Made by a program: the position numbers and the translations under genes | Shown here: piece by piece, positions 1 through 11,468 of the stretch | Layout of the letters: the number at the start of each line of letters is the position of its first letter | How positions within the stretch are numbered: the stretch's first letter is position 1 | The notes under the pieces: model-generated | Database searches by the model: none | What the model was told of the DNA's origin: nothing | Seen by the model: the letters and a program-made list of their open reading frames with translations, nothing else | DNA from: Mobula hypostoma | Lineage: Eukaryota | NCBI RefSeq assembly: GCF_963921235.1 | Contig: NC_086097.1 | Location: 111,540,001 to 111,604,000 of the forward strand | Length of the DNA stretch: 64,000 nucleotides | Direction of reading: 5' to 3'

Positions 1-393
1 CCTCTTAGTGGCCCAGGGGCTTTCCCTCTGCAGGGTGCCTTGTTTCTCACAATCCCTCCGAAAGTGACCCGCTTCCCCACAGCTGTAGCACACCCCCAGC
101 CATTCACATTCCTGTCGGAAATGCCCCTCTTTCCCACAGTTACAGCACACACTACCCACCACCCCTCTCCTGGAACGCCCCCCACTCCCAGCCCACGGTG
201 CAGGCCGGCCCCTGAAGGGGGTATTCTCCCTGTATATCCCCTCAAGCGGGGGGGTCTTGGGTTTCTCTGTTCTCAACCCAGCCACCACCTCATGAATCGC
301 TGAGGACTGTCCCCAGTGGCCCGAGCCCCTTTTCCAGCCCAACGCGCTCTCCTCCTCCCGCACCTTTCTAATCAGCTGCCCGAATGATGGAGG
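1..393 (-). CDS. Frameshifted C-terminal continuation of Gag (end of capsid plus nucleocapsid with two CCHC zinc knuckles)
   Basis: Manual translation of the -1 frame from 393 to 1 has no stop: PPSFGQLIRKVREEES...CCNCGKEGHFRQEC (147-106)...CYSCGEAGHFRRDC (90-49). Not in the ORF track. Confidence 0.85.
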
Positions 394-1337
394 GGGCTCC
401 TTTTATAGGACTGCCAGAGACTCCAGGCCATCTTGTCCTCCTTCAGGGAACCACTAAATATCCGACTCATCCTCAACCTCACCACTTCATCTGCCTTCAC
501 TACCCCTTGGCGCCACAACCCAGTAAGCATTCTCTCCAGCCGAAAAATGTATTCTGAGAGCTTTTCCCCTCTACCCTGCCCCATGTGGTGAAACTCTGCT
601 AAAAGCTCCCAGGGGTCTCCTGACATTCCAAACGCTCCCTCCAAGGCTTCCAGATACTCCGCCAGGGAAGCTGAGGGCCATTCTGCCCTCAGCTCGTGGA
701 CTACACTGGCTGCCCCTCCCCTCAAACTTTCCACCAATTGCTGTCTCTTTTCCTCATCTGAACCTGGCCACGCCTCTAACAACGGGGACGTATTCTCAAT
801 CCATACCTCGTAGTCGTCCTCCCCTTCCAGGGTGGGCATGGCTCCTGAGAAAATTCTCAGCTTCGGGCAGGACCCCTCGACCCTTCTCACCAGGGAGGTA
901 ATGGCGGCCGCTAACTCGAAGGTCTCACCTCCAGCTGGGGGACGGGGCCTGGCCAAGCCTTGCCACTCTGACCCTCCACCACTGGCTACTGGCACCTCCC
1001 CTGGGATCTCATCTAGCTCCTCCTTCGGCATCTCCTCACTTTCTTCCTCTGGGTGGGTGTGGAGACCCCACGGTCCCGTCTCCCCCTGTACGCTGACCGT
1101 TGCTGGCAGTTCCAACGTCATGACGTCAGCACTCGTACGAACCAACACCCAGCTAGATTCCACTTCTTTACTGCACCTTCTAGCTACCAGTTCTACCTGC
1201 CCTATACCCTTGATCAAACTCACCCCTCGCACTAGTACATCTCCCGAAATGCGGAAATCCACCCCACTTAACATGCACACATGATTCACTGGTACGTCCT
1301 CTAACTCACACCAGCTTACAATCTTATCTCGATCCAT
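372..1337 (-). CDS. PNMA-like Gag (N-terminal domain plus capsid), 321 aa, ended early by a frameshift
   Basis: The N-terminus (IVSWCELEDV...CMLSGV) and the capsid motifs KLRIFSG..EGEDDYEVW, EEKRQQLVESLRGGA, YLEALEGAFG and QGRGEKLSEYIFRLERML resemble PNMA/MOAP1-family and Gypsy Gag. Confidence 0.85.
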   Translation of the reverse strand: MDRDKIVSWCELEDVPVNHVCMLSGVDFRISGDVLVRGVSLIKGIGQVELVARRCSKEVESSWVLVRTSADVMTLELPATVSVQGETGPWGLHTHPEEESEEMPKEELDEIPGEVPVASGGGSEWQGLARPRPPAGGETFELAAAITSLVRRVEGSCPKLRIFSGAMPTLEGEDDYEVWIENTSPLLEAWPGSDEEKRQQLVESLRGGAASVVHELRAEWPSASLAEYLEALEGAFGMSGDPWELLAEFHHMGQGRGEKLSEYIFRLERMLTGLWRQGVVKADEVVRLRMSRIFSGSLKEDKMAWSLWQSYKRSPLHHSGS

Positions 1338-1385
1338 CTTCGCACTACTTAACGTGGCGATTTATACAGCTTTACCGAAAATCCA

Positions 1386-1403
1386 ATCCCGGATGAGCCC
1401 CCA
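1386..1403 (-). promoter_or_regulatory. Primer binding site complementary to the tRNA-Pro 3' end
   Basis: The minus strand reads TGGGGGCTCATCCGGGAT, 17/18 to the canonical Pro PBS TGGGGGCTCGTCCGGGAT. It lies 4 nt from the LTR end. Confidence 0.9.
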
Positions 1404-1407
1404 CAAA

Positions 1408-1682
1408 TGTATCGCTCAGCTATATTGGCTCGTATTTATCTAGGGGAAACCCTGTCCACCGACCACCTTGTCTCCGGTTTTCATAGACCTCTGACGTCCC
1501 CAGTTGCTGGCACTGTCAAAGCTGCAAGGTGGTCAGCACTTCCTAGTGTTTGTACCAAAGCGAGCGTCATAAAAACAGTCTCGGTGTCTTCTGTTCCGCA
1601 GTTGTGGGTGTCCTTATGTTGGGGTCCTTGCCGACTGGGCTTATTGAGGTTGAGAAAGGAGTTACTGAGTGATGCTACTACA
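1408..1682 (-). repeat. Putative 5' LTR (about 275 bp)
   Basis: Ends in ...TACA just before the PBS and starts TGTA on the minus strand at 1682. The outer boundary cannot be confirmed because the 3' LTR is outside the window. Confidence 0.6.
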
Positions 1683-2639
1683 TAGAAATATTTGGTGGTG
1701 TTGGCGGAGATTTCTCGAAGTGGCCTACTCCTGCACCTATTTTGCTTCCTGAGCTCTGGCAGTTTCAAAGTGACTGCATTGACCGACATGTTGAATAGCT
1801 CTGGAAGGGGTCAACAATGTAGGTTTTTGCAAATATGTTTCAGAGAAGCTGTAGCAGTTCATTTATTGTTCACCAAAAACTGAACATAGTGTGCAAAAAA
1901 CCCTCTACGTAATTACATCAGACCATCCTTTTGAAGTGAAACCCCAACTCAATGTCAGTGTTTGTGAATTATGTACATTTCTACCAGTTACGTTATCTTA
2001 CACATTCCTAAAAATGGTAGAGGCAGATGTGATAGTAGCTTTTAAGGTGGTCAAGTGGAACACAAAAAATGGAGAGAAAGAGACCATGTGCATATAGTTA
2101 TGATTATGGCACAGAGATTTTGGACTGAAGTTCCTGTACTGTATTGTTCTGTGTCATATATGGTAAAACATTGATAATCCGCTATCTTACCATTTGAAAA
2201 TCTGACATAAATTCAATCATCTGGAAATCCGGATAATTTGACATGTGGCTCACTGGATGTTGTTTGCCATGTGGCCCACACAGTTGCTGATGCCCTGGTT
2301 CCTGTGCACAAACAACATTTGCAGGCCCTGCATTCTCTTGGAAACTTACGGGCTTCACTGAATGTTATTGTGTAACCTCTTTTCAAAAAGTGATTAAAAG
2401 TGTGTTTCAAAAAAAAAGTCCAATAGTTAGGAAAATCTGATAGTGCAGCAGCACTGAAGTTCTGAGTTGCCAGATTAACAAAGTTTTACATCATTAAAGA
2501 AGTATAGTCATATAAAAGCTCACTACATTGAATTCAACTGCATTATCATTCAAATTGAACTTCTTTCTTTTTAAATGGACGAGATTTGCTCTGTTATTAC
2601 ATAATTAATGTAATCTAATAAACTTTTTTTCTGACCTAG

Positions 2640-2793
2640 GGCTACTACTGGGCTGGAAATTCTTCACTGAAGATGCATAATAATGAGCTGGCTTGTCGTT
2701 TCTTCTACGAAGGGTTAAATGTCTTGGATGATGATCGAGGCAGAAATCAGAACCAGATTGCAGATTTCGTTGTTGGAATCCTGATAGCTCAGG
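2640..2793 (+). CDS. TRANK1: TRANK1 exon (window exon 1; TPR region)
   Basis: ctag| GYYWAGNSSLKMHNNELACRFFYEGLN...ADFVVGILIAQ G|gtgtgt. Resembles the TRANK1 TPR segment; phase 0/1. Confidence 0.85.
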
Positions 2794-3119
2794 GTGTGTT
2801 AATACATGTTCAGTGCTCTTCACTGCCTCAGAATCCCTATTGTAGATTATTGATGTTGATAGTATTGGAATATAACAAAGCCAGCTGTAGGAACTCACTG
2901 AGTCAAACAGCATCATGGGGTAGGAGATGGTCACAGGATTGGAAGGAATTGTTGCTGTTTCGGGTTGAAACCCTGCATCAGCACACCACAGCATAATATT
3001 GGCTCTGATCAGCTGGATGTGTGTAATGCCTTAAAACAGAATCACAGGATATATCAAGATTTGACCATGGATGAGAAAAATCTGGAAAGATTAAATCTTT
3101 GCATCCAAAAAGGTTAGAG

Positions 3120-6100
3120 ATATTTTCAAATGGTGTGGGAAGTCAGGCAGTCCTCCGGTGTCCCTGATGACTACGCCTGCCAGAAGTGCATCCAACTGCA
3201 GCACCTTACAGATCACGTTAGGGAACTGGAGCCCAATGGCCTACACTTCGTTGGGAGATTGAGGGGTTGATAGACAGAAGCAGTCACAATTAGGTTGCAG
3301 GATGTAGGTAAAGGAGTAATAGTTACGACATGGAAAGGGAATGAGCAATCAGTGCAGAGTACCCCTGTGGTTGTTCCCCTCAATAGCAAGTATACTGCTT
3401 TGGATACTGTTGAGAAAGCTACATAAGCCGGGTCTGTCTCTGTAGCTCAGGTGAAAAGAGGAGTGTGGTAGTGATAGATTCATTTGTTGGGGGAACAGGC
3501 AGGTGATTCTGTGGACGAGGAAGAGTCTTCCGGGTGATATGGTGCCTCCAGTTGCCAGGGTCATGGTCCACATTGCTACCAATGACACCGACAAGAAGGG
3601 TGATGAGGTCTTGCAAAGTGAGCTCAAGAAGTTAGGTGCTGAATTAAAAGACAGGACATCCAGGGTAGTCGTCTGGGGATTTCTACCCATGCCACATATC
3701 AGTGAAACAAGGAATGGGAAGATAGTGCAGTTTAACTTGTTGACAAGGAGATGGTGCCAAGGGAGGGCTTCAGCTTTTGGGTTACTGGGCTCTTTTCCAG
3801 GGCAGGTGGGACCTGCACCACAGGATGGTTTGCACCTGAACTGGAGGGAGAACCAATATCCTTACAAAAAGGGTCACTAGTCAGACTAACAAGAGTTTAA
3901 ATTAGAGGTGCAGAGGTGTAGGAACCAGAGTGGCAGGGTGGCAAGTGGAGTTGCTGTGGGGTAAATAGTATAAGCAAAGGCAGAAATCGCTGGTTGATGA
4001 GCTGAACTGGGGTAATGTTCTGAAATGCATCCATTTCAGGTAAGGCAGGTGAATTTAGAGTGGAATTATGTTGTAGCCATTAGTGAGACTTGGTTGCAGG
4101 AGGGGCAGAACTGGCAGCTCAATGTTCTGGGATTTTGCTGTTTTAGTCATGATGGAAAGGGAGGTATTAAAGGGGGAGAGGTGGCATTGTACGTCAGAGA
4201 AAATGTCATAGCAATGCTCAAAGAGGTGGGCTCATGTACTGAGGCAATATGGGTGGAACTGTAGAATGAAAAGAGATGACTACATGAATGGCACTATACT
4301 ACAGACCTCCCAATCTCAGTGGGATTTAGAGTTTTGGAGTATTAGCCGACAGTGCAAGAAATATAAGGTTGCCATAGTTAGTGATTTTAACTTTCCAACT
4401 ATTGGGTGGGCTAGAGTTTGTCAAAAGTGTTCAGTAAAGTTTCCTTAATAATTCAAAGTCTTAAGTAGAAAGAGTGCAACACTGGATCTCACCTTGTGGA
4501 AAGAAGACAGAGTAAGTGACAAAGTGTGTAGGGGAACACTTTGGACGTAGTGATTGTAATTCCATTAGTTTCAAGATAATTATGGAGGAGGATAGGACTG
4601 GTCCTTAGAATAAGGTTCTAAATTGTATAAGACTAATTTTGGTGGTATTAGAATGGATCTGGTAGACATGGATTGGGATGGCCTATCTTCTAGCAAAGAG
4701 ATGCTCAATAGATGGGAGGCTTTCAAGAGTGAAATATTAAGAGATGGAATTTTTACATTCCTGTTAGAATAAAAGGCACAATTAACAGGTTGAGGAACAT
4801 TGTTTATCAAAGGATATTGAGACCCTGTAAAGAAGGAGGCAGTGCATATCAGGTAAAGGCAGTTGGGATCAAATGATGTGCTTGAAGAGTATAAGAAATG
4901 CTGGAGAACACGTGACAGAGAAATCAGGAGGTCTAATAGAGAAGATGAGGTTACTCTGGCAGACAAGGTGAAAGCGAAGCCCAAGGATTCCTCTAGCCAT
5001 GTTAAGATCAAACAGATTGCAAGGGGAAAATTGGTTCTCTTGAAGACCAGCATGGTCATCTGTGCATGGAGCTAAGGGAGATGAGGGAGCTCCTAAATTA
5101 TTTTTTTTTTGTCGATATTTATGTGGCAGACAGACACAGAGATTATAGAACTGAGGCAAAGCAGTAGTGAGGTCATGAACCATATCTGGATTACAGAAGA
5201 GGCGGTGCTGGCTGTCTTGAGGTGAAGTAGGGTTGATAAGTCCCCACAGCTTGACAACATGTCCCCTCAGACCTTGTGGGATGCCAGTGCCGAATTTGCA
5301 GGTGCCCTGCAGAGATATTTATAACCTCTTTAGCCATAGGTGAGGTGCCAGAGGATTGTTCTGTTGTTCAAGAAACGCTCTAAAAATAAGCTGGGAAATT
5401 ATAGGTTGGTGAATTTCATATCAGTCGTGGGTAAATTATTGGAAGGTATTCTAAGGGACAGGACATATGAGTCTTTGAATAGAGAGCCTGATTTGGGATG
5501 GCTTTGTGTGTGTTAGGTCATGTTTTAACGAATCATATAGAGTTTTTTTTAAGGATGTTACCAGGAAGGTTGTTGAAGGAAAGATAGTGAACATTGTCTC
5601 CAGGGCCTTTAACAGAATCTACCATCAGAGGCTGGTCCAGAATGCGAAATTGTTTGGCACTTAGGATGAAGTTGCCAATTGGATCCAAAATTGGCTTAGT
5701 CGGAGAAGCCAGAGAGTGGTGGAAGATGGCTGACTCTCTGACTGGAGGGCTGTGACCACAGGTGTGTCGCAGGGTTCAGTGGTGGGCCCCTTCTTGTTCA
5801 TCATCTATAGTGATTTAAATGATGATGTGGTCAACTGGATGAAAACATCTGATGATACCAAGAATGGGAGCATAGTGGACAGTGAGGAAGGCTATCAAAG
5901 CTTGCAGCTTGTTTTTGACTGGCTGGGAAAATGGGCTAAAGAACGTCAGATGGACCTTAATGCGGACAAATGTGAGGTGTTTCACTTTGGGAGTACAGGA
6001 CAAAGTAGGACTTGCACAGTGAATGCTGGGGCTCTGAGAATCACCATAGAACAAAGATGCTTGGAAATATAGATCCACAATTCCTTGAAAGTGGCATCAC

Positions 6101-6570
6101 AGATAAATAGGATCATAAAGCGAGCTTTTTAGCACATAGGCCTTCATGAGTGCAGGAATTGGGATGTTACATTGAAGTTGTACAACACATTGATGAAGCC
6201 AAGTTGAGAATATTGTATGCAGTTTTGGTCACCTACCTACAAGAAAGATATCCATGAGTGGATAGAGTGCAGAAAAATATTTCCAAGTATGTTGCCGGAA
6301 CATGAGGACCTGAGTTATAGGAAATGGTTGAATCAATTTGAACTTTTTGCTCTGGAACACAGTAGGCCAAAGGGCGATCATATAGGTGTATACACAATTG
6401 AGGAGATAGACAGGTCTTTTTCCCCTCAAGTTGGTGAGATGAGAACTAGAGACCATAGGCTAAGGGTGAAAGGGAATCTTCGCTCAGATGGTGGTGCAAG
6501 TGTGGAATGAGTTACCAGTGGTTGTGGTAGAAGTGGGTTCAATTGTAACATTTAAAGACACGTTTAGATA
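3120..6570 (+). mobile_element. Degenerate, near full-length CR1-clade LINE (ORF1 with SGNH esterase, then APE endonuclease and RT remnants)
   Basis: ORF1 remnants DDYACQKC, VMVHIATND and DGLHLNW. Endonuclease VVAISETWL. RT GVSQGSVVGP and MDLNADKCEVFHFG. Many stops and frameshifts. Confidence 0.85.
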
Positions 6571-6594
6571 GATTTCAGTGTTTCAAAAGGATTG

Positions 6595-7490
6595 GGAGGG
6601 GCGTAATAGAGGCAGTGAGTGGCATTGCTAATCAGGGATAATTTCACAATTGCAGAAAGGCCATCATGGTGAGTTCATCTACTTGAGACAGTGGGGGTGG
6701 GGATGCAACAACCACTCATTTGGGATTATCTAGAACTTTCCCCTTTCACCATTGCAATAAAGACACCAAGGAACAGATTGGAAGCCAGATTTCAGAAAGG
6801 TAAAAAAATAATGAGTTGTTGTCATGGGTGATTCAACTTCCCTAATATTGATTGGCACCCTCTTAATACAAAAGATGGGGCTGAATTTGTCAGGTATGCT
6901 CAGGAAGAATTCCTGACATATTATGTAAACAACACACTTTGCACCATTAAAACAAAATCTTCATGACACTTGAAAAGATTCTGCTCCCGGGGCAGTTAAT
7001 CTGATCAACTATTCTGGTTATTTTCTCACTATTACTTCCGTCACTGCTTGTATTGGCAACACTTTAAACCCCTTTTTATAATGTCGTTTACATCATAAAT
7101 ACGTGCTACTATTTATGTGTTTAAGCATATCCATACTTTAACCTCTAACTTTATTTTTTATATATTTCTTTATTCTTTATATTTGCTGAATGGTGTTTTG
7201 TTGTATGTTGCACGAACACCACAGCAAATTCCTAATGCATATAACTGTATATGGCAAATAAAGTTGATCCTTGATCCCCCCTCATTCCTTGATGTAGTCA
7301 GGCCGACTAGAAGGGATTCCATTCTGGATCTGGTGCTAGGCAATGAATCTGGCTAGATGACAGATCTCTCAGTGGGTGAGCACTTCCTGTGATTATGTGG
7401 ATAGGCTGGGGTTAAGTAGATAGGTGGGTTATGTGGCTCGCTGGACCAGAGGGCCCTGTTCCATGCTGTATCTGTAAATAAATATTCATT
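6595..7490 (+). mobile_element. CR1 endonuclease fragments interrupted by the 3' end of another LINE (about 6935-7275, tail near TTGATCCTTGATC)
   Basis: GVALLIRDN-like sequence, then PTRRDSILDLVLGNESG resuming after the insert. Confidence 0.55.
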
Positions 7491-8043
7491 GCCTCTTTCA
7501 AAAAGAAGCCTACAATTCTTGACACAAATTTTTATTTGTCTTTGAAACACAAAGGAGCAACCTTTTAGTTTCTATAAGTTTCCTGCCTATTGCTGTTTAT
7601 CAGAGGGATGCTATACCTGGCTATAGAGCACACAGCTGAGTCATAATACTCCAAAATCCTAATTGTACCTCTTTGGTGGCTTGGCCTGTTGTAGTTGCAG
7701 ACTCTCCTAAACAACCCCAGAGCACCATAGAAAGCTGAGTGACCAGATGCAATGGGTTTGAACATCTTTAGCTTGCCAAATTCACATGGGCGAAATTCAT
7801 ATTATAAAGCCAATTGATCATGTATATAACCTGTAGAACTTTGCTGAAGTGAAGTACCATTATTTATCGTCTTGTGATTTCAAAAAATGTATTATATTGG
7901 TGTTCTGTTCGTAACTAACAATCGGCAAGTATCACGGATTAATAATAAAACTGTTTATGCAGAAATGTTATGACATGTTCATGATAAACTTAAAATATGT
8001 CATTTATAGATCAATTTTCTACCATATTAACTTGTTTTAATAG

Positions 8044-8144
8044 GGACAGATCGCAGGACTTTTGAGATCCTAAAATGGAAAAGTTACAGTCCCCGGATTT
8101 GGCAAATAGTTATAGATAAAGCTGCAATTAAAAATTTATGGATG
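8044..8144 (+). CDS. TRANK1: TRANK1 exon (window exon 2)
   Basis: aatag| GTDRRTFEILKWKSYSPRIWQIVIDKAAIKNLWM |gtaagc. Phase 1/0, compatible with both neighbours. Confidence 0.8.
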
Positions 8145-9222
8145 GTAAGCAGTAACTTGGAATGATTTAATTAATATTGGAACTTAGCTGAAGCACATAT
8201 TTGCTATAGAATATTCAATGTGACTCATGGAGAGATGAATCCTGGAAACACTGACCACGTGGTCATTAGATGTGTCCAGGTATTCTGCAGTAACTATTCA
8301 GTTAGACTTTTATGTAATAGCTCTTGGTTTTCAAAAAAGATTCTGCCTAATAATTGGTGTCATGACTCATGGATTACTTGAACAGTATATACACCAGTAT
8401 TAAAAATACACTTAATGGGTTATCCTTGTAAATAGGTCGACAAAGCAGGCAAACTTGTGCACTAAGCTCAGATATTGAGGCTTTTAGGAACACCCATATC
8501 AATTTTTTTATACAATTCTCTGATAGTCCAGAGTTTCAGCAGTACAACTCCATTAAAAAAGAGAATTTTATTATCAGCAGGTTTATTATTATTATTAATT
8601 ATTATAATAATTCTTACTTACCAAGCACCAGGTTTGATAAAATTACATTCCTCTATCGATACTTCGGCTTCCCTGTTCGTACCCTGACACTTAACTTCAG
8701 TGGAAACAAAAGTGGAATCATGTATGCCCATAATACAAAGCAATGCACAAAGACTCTTCAATTGCATAAGACATTTTTCAGTTTTTGTTTCTTTGATAAC
8801 AAGGGGGAAACAGGTCAGGAATGTTACAGGAAAGTGCTTCAAACAGTTATTGAAATGTTGTGTGAGTGTTCACCTTACTATCTTGGTATAAAATTGCTGG
8901 TGAATACTGATCCATGAAAGAACTGCCCCCACAACTCACCGCTCCCCAAATGTTGATGAATTATTATGCTGGACAGATCCAAGGTTTTATCCCTGTCAGA
9001 TCCTATAATGATCATTATTGTCTTAATCTAAGTGTGAGGGAATAAAGGTAACCCTTCTGATACACTGCCAAACCTGCGTCCACGAGAGCAAAGGTAGAAA
9101 ACAAACACTTTTTTAACAGAAGCTTATTATCATGGAAATATTAAGCAGTGCAGTAATTCACTTCAGTTGTTTTCAGAGTGTTAAATATGTGATGACATTA
9201 ATTTCAATACATTTCTTCGCAG

Positions 9223-9309
9223 GCTCTTTATCTTGCAGTTTGCGAATGTAGATGTATCCCAAGAAACAACTACAGTGCCAAGCAAATTCCACTTAAGAAC
9301 CTATTCGGG
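9223..9309 (+). CDS. TRANK1: TRANK1 exon (window exon 3)
   Basis: cgcag| ALYLAVCECRCIPRNNYSAKQIPLKNLFG |gtatgt. Phase 0/0. Confidence 0.8.
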
Positions 9310-11372
9310 GTATGTTTTCAACTCGTCGCTATTGCTGGGAATATATCTATAGATGATGTACTGTACCTTTTCTCTTGGAACGGTTGGGAATTTGTAAAAT
9401 AGATTCTGGCATGAGTTAAAAATGTGATTTCAGAGAACAGGTTATTTAATTATGTAGATCTTGGAATATTGTGCAAGTAAGTTAATGGGCAAACTGAAGA
9501 CTGAGGTGAGTGAATATTTAGTGAATACATGGGGGAGGATGTTTGCTTTTGGGTTAATGCTGTGAATTTAGAAACAATTATTATAATGCTCTTTGTTTAT
9601 CAAACTCAGCAAAAGCTACAATTAGTATGTAATGCATGCATTGTTATTTCCCTCACTCAAGGTTATGTTTCAAATTGTTTGTTTATTCATTCATTTCCAT
9701 TCATGCATTTTTACCACAACCATTTCAAAAATACTTTCATAAACTTTATCTGAAATCAGGCCATTGCTTTTATTTAACTGAACAGAAACTGAAACTGAGC
9801 AATAATATCCTAACTTGACTGACTGGCCCACCTGCAGGTGCTGAAAGCGAAAATGAAGTCCAAATGTAGACTTTTGGTAGAAAGCTGAGCCCTTCCAGTA
9901 CAATCTTTAATGATATTATTAAAAGAGCTTGACATTTCAATCAATAATGTATTCGTATTATAAGTCTTATCAAGGAAAAGTAGCATTTACTATTTTGTAG
10001 TAACAGAATAAATAAATCTATACAGGTAGTTTACCTCTTTTAAATTGGGCAGTTAACATGCTGCCTGATTGACCTGACAGCAGCAGTTAACAATTGCCAG
10101 AAGAAATTACCAGAATTCAGAAAGAAGAAACAAAAATGCTTTTCAAAAATGTTGGTTGTTATGGTCTGTGGTTACACTGTCATACAAAGTTTCCTGGTCC
10201 TTGGTAAAGAGCCAAACGTGTCTTCATTACATTTCCAACTTCCTTCCTTGATGAAAGAGGCTTCACTACAGTGAACCACATCCTCACAAAAAAAAGAAAC
10301 CATTTGGACATTGTTACATGTGGGGACTTAAAAGTCTTTTGTTTTGCTGAAGTTTTAGGAAAATGTAGGAGAATGAGGAGGCAACCTTAAGAGTGTTTAA
10401 AGTATAAGAAGCATGGTTAAGATGAATCTTTTCCCCAGAGAAGGAGAGTGAAGAACTAGGGGCACAGGTTTAGTGTTAGAGAGAACCTGAGGGGCAACAT
10501 TTTCAGACAAAAGGATGGAAGAAGCTGCCGGAGGAGAAGGTTGAGGCAGGTACAGTAGTGTTATTAAAGAAGCAATTAGAATGATACACAGTACAGTACG
10601 GGCCAAATGAACGAAATTAACAAGCTGGGTGGGTACCATGGTCAGCATGGATTGTTGGGCTGAAGGATTGTATTCTATGACTGTTGATGTTTGGTACGGG
10701 CATAGAGCATACAGGAGTACAGCAATGTACTCCTGCCCATAATGTTGTGCTAACTTAATTGAACTAATGATTATACTAATCCCACCTAATTAAACTATTC
10801 CCATCTGCTTATGCTATATCAATATCTCAGGACACTCATGGTAGGTGTTGGGGTATGGCGTCAACAGTTATGATAGTGACACCAAGGAAACATTTAGACA
10901 GGCACCTGAATATGCTTTCCTTGTTCCCGTAATTTGGCAACATGTTCAGCAGGGACATTGTGCACTGAAGAACCTGCTCTTGTGCAATTCTGTTATGTGT
11001 TCTCTTTCCTTAGACACAGAGGGTTACAGTTATGTGGTATGAGCTGCAGGAGAAGTGTTAGAGGCAGATGCAATTAGAGTGTTTAAAAGGCATATTGACA
11101 GGTACTTGGAAAGAAGCAAATGGGATGAGTGAGCATAGATAGGCGTCATGGTTGTCATGCATTGGTTAGTCCAGTGAGCCCGTTTCTGTGTTGTTCAACT
11201 CAGTGACTATAATTCTATAAAACATTAGCTAGGCCATTGCCAGTGCTGTTTTCATTTCTAGGTGTCACAGTCCAGCAAGGATGTGACTACACTGGAGAAG
11301 ATAATGCAAGGATTCGCCAGGGTGTTGCCTGGGTTGGTGCATTTCAGTTACAAGAACAGATTAGATAGGTCA

Positions 11373-11408
11373 AGTCCTGACGAAGGGTCTCAGTCCGAAA
11401 CGTCGACT
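11373..11408 (+). ncRNA. Minimal type I hammerhead ribozyme motif
   Basis: Helix I AGTC/GACT, core CUGACGA (11377-11383), helix II in AGGGTCTCAGTCC, GAAA (11397-11400), palindromic ACGT in place of helix III, and a GUC cleavage triplet ending at 11404. Confidence 0.7.
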
Positions 11409-11468
11409 CTACCTCTTCCAATAGATGCTGCCTGGCCTGCTGCGTTCACCAACATTTTTTTATGTGTG
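11375..11468 (+). mobile_element. 94-bp Penelope-type terminal fragment carrying a minimal hammerhead ribozyme motif, with 14-bp TSD
   Basis: Flanked by TTAGATAGGTCAAG at 11361-11374 and 11469-11482. Contains CTGACGA...GAAACGTC. Confidence 0.8.

Larger units (their letters stand above)
1..1682 (-). mobile_element. 5' part of a Ty3/Gypsy LTR retrotransposon with PNMA-like gag, antisense within a TRANK1 intron; continues beyond the window start
   Basis: On the minus strand the order is LTR (TGTA...TACA), tRNA-Pro PBS, then gag with a PNMA-like N-terminal domain, capsid and two CCHC knuckles. Confidence 0.85.

Noticed and set aside
832..1284. 150-aa plus-strand ORF, and ORF 40-303
   Set aside because: Antisense shadows of the GC-rich gag with no recognisable motifs.
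372..1337. Calling the ORF a domesticated PNMA/MOAP1 gene
   Set aside because: An adjacent PBS, an LTR candidate and a frameshifted nucleocapsid point to a retrotransposon copy, so no gene symbol was assigned.
3040..3112. Possible extra TRANK1 exon (cag|...AAG|gttaga)
   Set aside because: The phase required by exon 1 gives in-frame stops, and exons 2640-2793 and 8044-8144 already join in phase.
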